From positions 77,531 through 141,530 of the forward strand of contig CAZSVP010000003.1 of the NCBI GenBank assembly GCA_964610335.1: 64,000 bases of DNA, read 5' to 3'. Position 1 is the first letter of the stretch, and each line of letters begins with the position of its first letter. The notes below the pieces were generated by a model. The model had not been told where the DNA came from, ran no database searches, and saw only the letters and a list, made by a program, of their open reading frames with translations. Positions 38,567 through 46,486 of the stretch are shown here, piece by piece. The translations under genes and the position numbers were made by a program. Origin of the DNA: an uncultured Candidatus Saccharibacteria bacterium (GTDB taxonomy: Bacteria > Patescibacteriota > Saccharimonadia > CAILAD01 > BJGX01).

Positions 38567-39067
38567 ATGGCAGCACCAATGGCCGCGGCCGCAGCTCAAG
38601 GGTTGTTGGCTGCATTTGGCGGCGCTAACCCGCCGCCGCCCGGGGGCAATCCACCCGGCGGTGGAATGCAACCACGAAATGCTGGCATCGTCGCTGGCAT
38701 CGTCGCTTCGGTACTCGCGATCCTGACCTACATCGGGTTGGGACTGTGGGACGCTGTCGGCTGGGGCAAGGGTCTGATCGGTTTCGTGCTCGTTGGTGTT
38801 CTCGCCTTCGGGGTCACGTTTCTCATCTGCATCCGTCCACCTCAGCCGCGACAGCCCGCCGCTCCGGCACCAGCACCAGCGGCCACCAACCACACCTTCA
38901 TCGCCATCATGGTGGGGTGTGGTACGACGATCGTTGCTTCGATCGTTGCGGTGGTGGCTGTCAGCCGGTTCAGCGATGACGGTGCCTTCAGGATGTTGGC
39001 CTTCCTGGCCCCATACCTGATAGCCGGAGTCATCGCCACTCGGGCACTGTTCAAGCGCGGCAGCTAG
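38567..39067 (+). CDS. Island gene C: 4-TM membrane protein with a Pro/Gly-rich N-terminus
   Basis: ATG at 38567 (the ORF-track start was TTG); four hydrophobic helices. Confidence 0.55.
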   Translation: MAAPMAAAAAQGLLAAFGGANPPPPGGNPPGGGMQPRNAGIVAGIVASVLAILTYIGLGLWDAVGWGKGLIGFVLVGVLAFGVTFLICIRPPQPRQPAAPAPAPAATNHTFIAIMVGCGTTIVASIVAVVAVSRFSDDGAFRMLAFLAPYLIAGVIATRALFKRGS

Positions 39068-39100
39068 GCCGACCATGAAGGGGAACCTCCATGGTCGGCC
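39067..39100 (+). terminator. 11-bp perfect hairpin after gene C
   Basis: 'ggccgaccatg-aaggggaacctc-catggtcggcc'. Confidence 0.4.
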
Positions 39101-39298
39101 GCGAGGCCCTGGGCTGAGTTTCTCGATTTGCGTCGAGAGACCACCCAGGTGCCCTCGCACCTCAACCTACATATTAGGCTTATGCTTTATAAGAGACCGT
39201 AACAAGTGTAATCTTAATATGTGGGCTGAATCTTGGAGAGAAAACCAAGCTTAAGCACACAACCGCACCCATACATCAACCATAGAGGAGGTGGTCCT

Positions 39299-40726
39299 AT
39301 GACACGTAGTCACAGGATCTTCGCCGCCTGTGCGATTGTCTTCACCATGCTCATTGCATTGGTGGGGGCGGTTGCCATCGGCACATCGAGTGGTCAGACC
39401 GCCTCAAGCGGCAGCACGACCACGACATCACTCGAGCCAGTCCCTGGCTCGGTCACCACCACGCCAGCGCCAACCGACAACGTGCCGGCGGCCACGCCCG
39501 AGGAGCGCAAACCCACGGTCACGGCTGAGCAGTGTCACGATCGGATCGGTGCCTCGGAAGAGAAGGACCGCGAGCTCCAGGAGCAAGGCATCACCGCCGA
39601 ACAGTGTGGTCTGCTGCTGGTGGAGCTCTGTCAGAAGGTCGACTTCGATGGCGTTCGCGCCCTCGGAGAGTCCGACCCATCAGGCAAGTGCGCCGCCGTG
39701 ATGGCCGGTGTGAGTACGACGCAGAACACCGCGCCGACCAGCACCGCGCCTGGAGCAACAGCTCCATCTGGCACAACGCCGGGCTCAACGGCACCGCCAA
39801 CCACGGCTACCCCAACGCCTCGTCAACCCGATGTGGTGGATCTCATGATCTATCTGCAGAAGGTCAGCATGGCCGAAGGGCACGTCCAAGGAGTCGGTGT
39901 CACCTGTGAGGCCAATTGCGTTCTGCGCGACGGTATCACGGCTGATACCCCCGAGGGCATGTTCGCCCAGCTCATGAGCAAGGGTCTCGTCTCGCCAGTC
40001 TTTCTCGATGATGCAGCCCGCACCATCGCGTTCCAGACCGGGCAGGAGTACACCGACACTCGAGAGGTGGGCGACGCCGCCAAGGCCGGCAGTGACACAC
40101 TGATCGTGCTGAACTGGATCAAGGACCCGAGCACCCCAACCATGTTGGAGCGCGGGATCTTGCCAGCCGGCACGACGCTGTACAACACCGTCGTACAAGA
40201 CGGCAAGGTGGTGCAGTTCAGCTACACCACCAACCGGGATCGGGTCTACCTCAAGATCTGGAAGGGCGACACCTTCCTGATGTGGTTCGACAGCTGCGGG
40301 AACAGGACGAGCGATCGTCCGACGCCTGGAGTGCCCGAGACCCCAACGCCGCCACCGCACGACGACGAGCCACCGACCACGACGACACCACCACCGACCG
40401 GTGGGCCGACCCCGACCACGACACCACCAGCGTGTCCGCCAGGCACGATCTGGAACCCGGTCACGAAGAAGTGTGGGAAGTTGGATACCCATCCAGTGGG
40501 ACCCAACAGCCCTGTTCCTACCCAGGTGCAGGGCCCAGGGCCAACCCATCCGGCAGGGCCACCCAACACGGCGATCGAGCATCCGAACCCCACGACTGGT
40601 TGCAATCCAACCTGTCCGGGGGCAACGACGCCCACCACAAGGGCGGTGACACCCACGGTGCCGCCGATCGTCACCAGCACCACGTACCAGCCGCCTCCGA
40701 CGCCCACCACCATGGGCGGGCCGTAG
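39299..40726 (+). CDS. Island gene D: secreted or anchored Thr/Pro-rich protein (signal-anchor 'MTRSHRIFAACAIVFTMLIALVGAVAIG', PT-rich C-terminus)
   Basis: GGAGGTGG RBS; ATG at 39299. Confidence 0.6.
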   Translation: MTRSHRIFAACAIVFTMLIALVGAVAIGTSSGQTASSGSTTTTSLEPVPGSVTTTPAPTDNVPAATPEERKPTVTAEQCHDRIGASEEKDRELQEQGITAEQCGLLLVELCQKVDFDGVRALGESDPSGKCAAVMAGVSTTQNTAPTSTAPGATAPSGTTPGSTAPPTTATPTPRQPDVVDLMIYLQKVSMAEGHVQGVGVTCEANCVLRDGITADTPEGMFAQLMSKGLVSPVFLDDAARTIAFQTGQEYTDTREVGDAAKAGSDTLIVLNWIKDPSTPTMLERGILPAGTTLYNTVVQDGKVVQFSYTTNRDRVYLKIWKGDTFLMWFDSCGNRTSDRPTPGVPETPTPPPHDDEPPTTTTPPPTGGPTPTTTPPACPPGTIWNPVTKKCGKLDTHPVGPNSPVPTQVQGPGPTHPAGPPNTAIEHPNPTTGCNPTCPGATTPTTRAVTPTVPPIVTSTTYQPPPTPTTMGGP

Positions 40727-40811
40727 TCGGCACTGACAACTCTGGCCTCGAGTGAGGACCGTCGCCAGAGTGAGAAGTCCCAGTCCTCCATGATGTATGG
40801 GTGCAATTGCT

Positions 40812-40839
40812 GCCCTGGGGAGCCAAAACTCCCCAGGGC
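40812..40839 (+). terminator. 11-bp GC hairpin with a CCAAAA loop after gene D, near the island's right boundary
   Basis: 'gccctggggag-ccaaaa-ctccccagggc'. Confidence 0.4.
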
Positions 40840-40890
40840 TAGCACCCACACCCTAAGCTGAAGACAGTGCAGCTACTAGCTACCTTGTCT

Positions 40891-40908
40891 TCAGGATAGG
40901 TATCCTGA
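40891..40908. promoter_or_regulatory. Palindrome 'tcaggata-gg-tatcctga' (8-bp arms), a putative regulator binding site
   Basis: Located 21 bp upstream of the -35 box of the LPXTG-gene promoter. Confidence 0.35.
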
Positions 40909-40928
40909 AAAGAAAACCATAACAAATA

Positions 40929-40957
40929 TTGACACCAATACTAAATTATGATATTAT
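40929..40957 (+). promoter_or_regulatory. Near-consensus promoter TTGACA-N17-TATTAT for the LPXTG gene
   Basis: Motifs at 40929-40934 and 40952-40957. Confidence 0.55.
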
Positions 40958-41055
40958 AACCGCTAATTGAGAGGCGGAGCTCATTTACAGCCAAATACGA
41001 TGCATTTACTAATTGAGACTTGTCAAACATTAAACCTGACAAGGAAGGAAACTAT

Positions 41056-42351
41056 ATGAAAAAGAAATCAACTTTTCGTAAAGTTCTCGGCATTGTATTG
41101 GCAACAGTAGCTTTAGTGGTAATGCCACTGGCTGCAGCTGCTGATTGGAGCCCTGAACGACCGATCAAAGAATATTATCCAGGAGTACCTGGTTTTGATC
41201 ATGTGACATTTAACTCGTTTGTTAAAACCGCCAATTATGGCGACGAACGACTTTTCTATACTGCCAAGGATGCGGCTAATACCAATTCTGGCGGTTTCGA
41301 TGACAGCATGCAGGTGCATGCTGGTCAAGAGATACTTATGCGCACCTATATACATAACGGTGCCGACTCAAGTCTCAATGCAGGTGGCACGGGCATAGCT
41401 CGTAACACCAAGGTAAAGGTAATGCTGCCAAGTGGCTATGACAAAGCCTTGCGCTCTGTTAGCTACATAAGTGCTAGCAATGCACAGCCAGGTACTGTAG
41501 CGGCTTCTGTTGATCTAAAGGGTGACAACCCATTTGGTCTGCAGTATGTTGCAGGATCTGCTATGGCTTATAGTAACCAAGCTCCCAATGGCTTCAAACT
41601 CAACGATAGTATCGTGGGTGATGGCGCCTTGGTCGGTAATGTTGCTCCAGATGGTAATGTACCAGGCTGCTTCGAGTATGGTGTGGTTGTAACCATGAAA
41701 GTGAAAGTTACAGCTGCCAACTTGAGCATTCAAAAGCAAGTTGGTATCCCAGGCTCTGGTCAATGGAAAGAACAAGTACAAGTCGGCAAAGGTGATACTG
41801 TAAGCTGGGGAATCCACTACGAAAACACCGGTGACCGCGTCATGCACAAAGAAGTAGTAACTGACAAACTACCCCCTTACCACGAAGTGGTACCAGGTAG
41901 TGTCAAGCTCTACGTGCCCAATGCTCCAGAAGGCGCTCAACTCAATGACACTTCGTTGTTTAACGAAGGTGTAATGGTTGGTGACTACGCTCCAGGAGCT
42001 GGTGGTAACATACGTTACCAAACTCGGGTCAAACAAGATGTACCTGCAAACTTGCTAATGCGTAATGTGGCTTGTATCGGATCAGATGAGACTCAGACTG
42101 ACATCTGTGATGATGCTACTACTATTACCCCTCCAACACCTCCACCTACACCGGAGTGTTTGCCAGGCATACCAGTAGGTGATAGCCGCTGTAACCCTGT
42201 AACGCCTCCCCCTACAGGTGGTCCGTTGCCAGCAACTGGTGTGGAAAGTGGCTTGGCTGCAAGTCTAGGCATGACTGCCCTTACAACCGGTGGTTATATG
42301 CTACGACGTAGCCGTAAGGACCTCAAAAAGGCCCTCACCAAAGTAAAATAA
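41056..42351 (+). CDS. LPXTG-anchored cell-surface protein (sortase substrate)
   Basis: Signal peptide 'MKKKSTFRKVLGIVLATVALVVMPLAAAADW'; C-terminal 'LPATG' plus hydrophobic stretch plus 'RRSRKD' sorting signal. Confidence 0.8.
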   Translation: MKKKSTFRKVLGIVLATVALVVMPLAAAADWSPERPIKEYYPGVPGFDHVTFNSFVKTANYGDERLFYTAKDAANTNSGGFDDSMQVHAGQEILMRTYIHNGADSSLNAGGTGIARNTKVKVMLPSGYDKALRSVSYISASNAQPGTVAASVDLKGDNPFGLQYVAGSAMAYSNQAPNGFKLNDSIVGDGALVGNVAPDGNVPGCFEYGVVVTMKVKVTAANLSIQKQVGIPGSGQWKEQVQVGKGDTVSWGIHYENTGDRVMHKEVVTDKLPPYHEVVPGSVKLYVPNAPEGAQLNDTSLFNEGVMVGDYAPGAGGNIRYQTRVKQDVPANLLMRNVACIGSDETQTDICDDATTITPPTPPPTPECLPGIPVGDSRCNPVTPPPTGGPLPATGVESGLAASLGMTALTTGGYMLRRSRKDLKKALTKVK

Positions 42352-42371
42352 ACAGACCAGACTAATTCAAG

Positions 42372-42408
42372 AAGACCCAAATCTCACCTCGAGAGGCGGG
42401 TCTTTTTG
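42372..42408 (+). terminator. Intrinsic terminator (agaccc...gggtct plus TTTTT)
   Basis: Hairpin followed by a T-run directly after the LPXTG gene. Confidence 0.55.
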
Positions 42409-42429
42409 ATTTATTGGTATAATAAAGTC

Positions 42430-43533
42430 ATGAAAGATATTGTGAAACAACTGACTGGGTTATTAAACCAGGTTGATAATGCCATAGATGCACTTAGTCT
42501 CGAAGCTGATGAGGCAAAGTTGGCTGGTATGGAAGAACAAATGATAGCAAGTGATTTCTGGCAAGACACCATGCAAGCCGAGCAGGTTAGCCGCGAGGCC
42601 GCTGAGCTTAAACGCTACATTGGGTCCTGGCGCGATTTACGCGAGGAGCTTGCTACGACCCTCGAATTGGCCGAATTGTCGAGTGATTCACAGTCAAGTG
42701 AGTTCAGTGATTTACTAGCTGATTATAATAGGCGCGTTGGGGAGCAAATGCTGGCACTCAAGCTTGGTGGAGAACACGACAAAGCAGCTGCAATTATCCA
42801 ACTAAGTGCTGGGGTTGGTGGTACAGATGCTGCTGATTGGGCTCAGATGCTCGAAACAATGTACATCAAGTATGCCAACACACACGGATTTAGCGTGGAA
42901 GTACTGGAAGAATCGCCCAGTGAAGAGGCTGGCATCAAGAGTGCAACCTTGCGAGTAAGTGGCCCATTTGCTTTTGGCAAACTAAAGGGTGAGTCAGGAG
43001 TACATCGGCTGGTGCGTTTGAGCCCATTCAATTCCGACAATCTTCGTCAAACTAGTTTTGCCTTGGTAGAGGTGTTGCCAGAAATAGTGGCAACCGAGTC
43101 GGTTTTGGATCCCAAAGATCTGCGAGTCGATGTCTACCGCAGTTCTGGCCACGGTGGCCAAAGTGTGAATACTACTGATAGTGCAGTTCGGTTGACACAT
43201 ATTCCAACTGGTATGACTGTGGCAGTCCAAAACGAGCGTTCTCAGCTCAAGAACAAACAAATGGCCATGTCGATATTGGCAGCTAAACTCAATAAACTTG
43301 CAGAAGAACAACACTTGGCAAATGTATCAGACCTCAAAACTAGCAGTAAGTCAGCCGATTGGGGAGCGCAGATACGCAACTATGTGTTGCACCCATATCA
43401 AAAAGTCAAAGATGTACGCACTGGCTACGAAACTAGTGATACCACAGGGGTCTTGGCTGGTGAACTAGAACCATTTATAGAGGCTTACCTTAATAAACAA
43501 GTAGGAAATCCCGAAAGCAAAAGGCAAAAATAA
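42430..43533 (+). CDS. prfB: Peptide chain release factor 2 (no programmed frameshift)
   Basis: 'SPF' tripeptide in 'RLSPFNS' and the GGQ motif '[23 protein letters not shown]'; ATG at 42430, with TATAAT ending 6 nt upstream. Confidence 0.85.
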   Translation: MKDIVKQLTGLLNQVDNAIDALSLEADEAKLAGMEEQMIASDFWQDTMQAEQVSREAAELKRYIGSWRDLREELATTLELAELSSDSQSSEFSDLLADYNRRVGEQMLALKLGGEHDKAAAIIQLSAGVGGTDAADWAQMLETMYIKYANTHGFSVEVLEESPSEEAGIKSATLRVSGPFAFGKLKGESGVHRLVRLSPFNSDNLRQTSFALVEVLPEIVATESVLDPKDLRVDVYRSSGHGGQSVNTTDSAVRLTHIPTGMTVAVQNERSQLKNKQMAMSILAAKLNKLAEEQHLANVSDLKTSSKSADWGAQIRNYVLHPYQKVKDVRTGYETSDTTGVLAGELEPFIEAYLNKQVGNPESKRQK

Positions 43534-43554
43534 TATCTCAGTCTTGTTATTCGA

Positions 43555-44469
43555 CTATAGTTTGAGGTGACGTGAGATTGCGAGCCAACTCGATATTGCA
43601 CCGATAGCGATACCGCCAGCATAAATACAGGCTATTACTAGTAGTATGTGACCATTGAAGTAGTTGAGCGTGGCAGCCGCATTGAGACGCTCAATCAAAA
43701 ACGAGCTAACAGCGCGTTCAAGAGGGATCAAGGCAATAATTGCAATGGTGGCGCCAAATGCACCATAGAGAGAACCTTCTACTATGAATGGACCACGAAT
43801 AAACCATTTGGTGGCACCTACCAGCTTCATGATGTCGATTTCTTCACGACGCGTAAATATTGCCATACGGATGGTATTGAAGATTATTAGAAGTGCAATT
43901 ATCAAAAAGACCACACTTAGTATCAAGCCGATGCGAGCAACACTGTTGCTGATACGAATAATGTTTTCGACTACACCCTGACGGTTTTCATCACGATTAT
44001 CAAAGCTTGTTTCGGATATGATTACAGCACCCGAGACACCTTTTATACTACTATTGGTTTCGCTAATCTTATCAAGATTCTTTAGCTTAACTTCAAAGCT
44101 AGCTGGTAGCGGGTTGCCAATCTCTTGGGCGGATTGGGCAAGTTTCTTACCCTCGCTGCTGGATTGTTCTAGCCGCTTGAGCGCATCGGCCTTGGAAATA
44201 TATTCCACGCTAGCAACATTGTCTAGACTCGTAATATTAGCCTGCAAGGCTTTGATCTCTTCACCCTTGGCTTCATCACTCAAGAAAATACTTAAGTCAA
44301 TCTTGTCTTTAACATCGGCCAGCTGAGCCCGTACAAACATAGTCGAAAAAGCAAAAAAAGTCATTACTAGTAAAGTAACCACCATAATGGCTGTAGCTGC
44401 AGTACTTAGCCAGGCATTGCGAAAAGTATTACGAAAACCACTCTTAAATATGCGCCAGAAGGTGATCAC
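43555..44469 (-). CDS. ftsX: Cell-division ABC transporter permease FtsX
   Basis: 4-TM with a large periplasmic loop; adjacent to ftsE. Confidence 0.8.
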   Translation of the reverse strand: MITFWRIFKSGFRNTFRNAWLSTAATAIMVVTLLVMTFFAFSTMFVRAQLADVKDKIDLSIFLSDEAKGEEIKALQANITSLDNVASVEYISKADALKRLEQSSSEGKKLAQSAQEIGNPLPASFEVKLKNLDKISETNSSIKGVSGAVIISETSFDNRDENRQGVVENIIRISNSVARIGLILSVVFLIIALLIIFNTIRMAIFTRREEIDIMKLVGATKWFIRGPFIVEGSLYGAFGATIAIIALIPLERAVSSFLIERLNAAATLNYFNGHILLVIACIYAGGIAIGAISSWLAISRHLKL

Positions 44470-44563
44470 TGCAAACCTCCGGTTTGCAAGGCTGAAGCAA
44501 AAAGACCCAAGGCTAAAGTGTTTAACCCTGCCTTCTGCCTTCTTCCCTTAAACCTTACTTCCT

Positions 44564-45244
44564 TCATAGTGAGTACTTTCCGATCTTTTCATCTTTGACT
44601 ATTCGACCGCGGTTGAGTGTGATCACACGTTTTTTAAGGGCATCGACAATGTCCTTATTGTGGGTAGTGAGCACTACTGTAGTACCAAAACGATTGATCT
44701 TGAGCAGTAGCTCAATAATATCCCAAGAGTTTTTGGGGTCTAGGTTGCCAGTCGGCTCGTCAGCGATCAGTATTTTTGGGTTACGGATCAAAGCTCTAGC
44801 GATCGCCGTACGTTGTTTTTCGCCACCAGATATTTCGCCTGGGTAGTGATGAGATTTTTCACTTAAGCCAACTAGTTGTAGTATCTTGGGAACCGCGCGT
44901 TTAATCTCACGTGTGCGAACGCCGGATACCTCAAGTGCAAAAGCGACATTTTCATAGACAGTGAGATTGGGTAGTAGTTTGAAATCCTGGAATACCACAC
45001 CGATTCTTCGGCGCAAGTAAGGAATGTTAGCCTTGTCGATGGTGTCGTAGTCAACTGATCCGACAATAATCTTTCCAGAAGTTGGCATTTCTTCTTTTAT
45101 CAAGAGACGGATCAAGGTACTTTTGCCAGCTCCGGAGCTACCAACCACAGTTACGAACTCCTTTGGGTTGATATGCAAAGACACGCCACTTAAGGCGACG
45201 GTTTTGTTTGGGTAAATTACCGACACTCGATCTAGTAAAATCAT
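44564..45244 (-). CDS. ftsE: Cell-division ABC transporter ATPase FtsE
   Basis: 'GSSGAGKSTL', 'ISGGEKQR' and 'ILIADEPTGNLD' motifs. Confidence 0.85.
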   Translation of the reverse strand: MILLDRVSVIYPNKTVALSGVSLHINPKEFVTVVGSSGAGKSTLIRLLIKEEMPTSGKIIVGSVDYDTIDKANIPYLRRRIGVVFQDFKLLPNLTVYENVAFALEVSGVRTREIKRAVPKILQLVGLSEKSHHYPGEISGGEKQRTAIARALIRNPKILIADEPTGNLDPKNSWDIIELLLKINRFGTTVVLTTHNKDIVDALKKRVITLNRGRIVKDEKIGKYSL

Positions 45245-45381
45245 ATTTTGTACAAGTATTGTAACATACTGCCATGCTGAACAAGCATAACAAATATCAC
45301 CTAAATGTCTTCCATCGGCATTATCTTGTTGTTATAATGATAATTATCATCTGAAGTATAAAAGGAGGGTGATAACACATC

Positions 45382-46464
45382 GTGAATCAATTAAAATCAA
45401 AAGTCCTCATATCCGCTTTGATATTAGCGGTATTTTTGGCTTTCTTACCTCAAGTAACACAAGCCGATCAATATGATGACCAGATAAACGCACTCAAGAA
45501 AAAAGTACAAGAGACCCAGGCTGCAGCAGACGCTAAAAATGCCGAAGCCGATACTCTTAAGGGTAAGATTTCTGGTATTGATAGCCAGATAGCAGCCGCT
45601 CAACAGGCATTAAATCTTACTAATGCTCAGGTGGCACAGACTCAAACTCAGATAACCAAAGCCAATCAAGATCTCGAGCGACAGCAAACTATACTCAAGG
45701 ACAATCTCAAGATGATTTATCGTGAGGGCAAGGTTAGCCCGCTAGAGGTGATTGCTAGTTCCAAGAATCTTAGTGACTTTGTTGCTAAACAGCAATATCT
45801 AGGTGCAATAAAGAAGAAAGTTGATGATAACTTACGCAAGATTGAGCAACTCAAAAAAGAGTTAGCGACCAAGAAGGATCAGCTTGCAGCTCAGTCAAAT
45901 CAGCAAAAAGAAATAGTAAATCAGATTGCCACTCAACGCGCCGAACAAGCTAGCTTGCTCGCGCGTACCCAGGGCGAAGAGTCCAACTACCGCAAAATTG
46001 CTGCTGAAGACAATAGTCGAATTGGCGAACTTCGTCGTGCTCAAGCTGCTGCCATTGCAGCTGTGTCGAGCAATGTTCACTACGGTGGCACTGGTGGTTA
46101 TCCGTGGGCAAATGCTCCGTTTCCCAATAGTATTCCTGACTCATGGGGCATGTATCAACGCCAATGTGTGAGTTATGCTGCATGGAAGGTAGCTACTGTT
46201 CATGGCAATATGCCTTACTGGGGTGGTCGAGGTAATGCCAACCAGTGGCCAAGCAATGCTCGTGCTGCGGGCATTCCAGTCGATGGCAATCCTAGGGTCG
46301 GTGATATCGCTATATTGATGGCTGGTCCGTATGGTCACGCTGCTTATGTCGAGGCAGTCTTAGGGGGTGGTAAAGTGAAAGTTAGTCAGTACAATGCCAA
46401 CTGGGATGGAGCTTACTCAGTTGCTGACATCGGTACTGCTGGTGTACAATTTATTCACTTTTAG
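45382..46464 (+). CDS. Secreted coiled-coil plus CHAP-domain peptidoglycan hydrolase (PcsB-like)
   Basis: GTG start after an AAGGAGG RBS; signal peptide; long coiled coil; C-terminal Cys ('QCVSYAAW') and His ('GHAAYVE') of a CHAP fold. Confidence 0.7.
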   Translation: MNQLKSKVLISALILAVFLAFLPQVTQADQYDDQINALKKKVQETQAAADAKNAEADTLKGKISGIDSQIAAAQQALNLTNAQVAQTQTQITKANQDLERQQTILKDNLKMIYREGKVSPLEVIASSKNLSDFVAKQQYLGAIKKKVDDNLRKIEQLKKELATKKDQLAAQSNQQKEIVNQIATQRAEQASLLARTQGEESNYRKIAAEDNSRIGELRRAQAAAIAAVSSNVHYGGTGGYPWANAPFPNSIPDSWGMYQRQCVSYAAWKVATVHGNMPYWGGRGNANQWPSNARAAGIPVDGNPRVGDIAILMAGPYGHAAYVEAVLGGGKVKVSQYNANWDGAYSVADIGTAGVQFIHF

Positions 46465-46486
46465 AAATTTGTAACCACATACCAAT

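Noticed and set aside
38462-40851. Long antisense ORFs inside the GC-rich island (38462-39160 minus, 39785-40849 minus, 40246-40851 minus, 37944-38421 minus and others)
   Set aside because: High-GC DNA generates long stop-free frames on all strands. These have no SDs, they overlap the + strand genes, which do have GGAGG SDs, terminator hairpins and sensible hydropathy, and their products are Arg/Gly/Trp-rich low-complexity sequences typical of spurious high-GC frames.
36460-40860. GC-rich island as an assembly chimera or contaminating contig fragment
   Set aside because: I cannot exclude this from sequence alone, but both junctions are clean, strand orientation is preserved, a host-type promoter reads in and a host-type promoter and gene follow. 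It is kept as a finding, with read-mapping suggested as the test.
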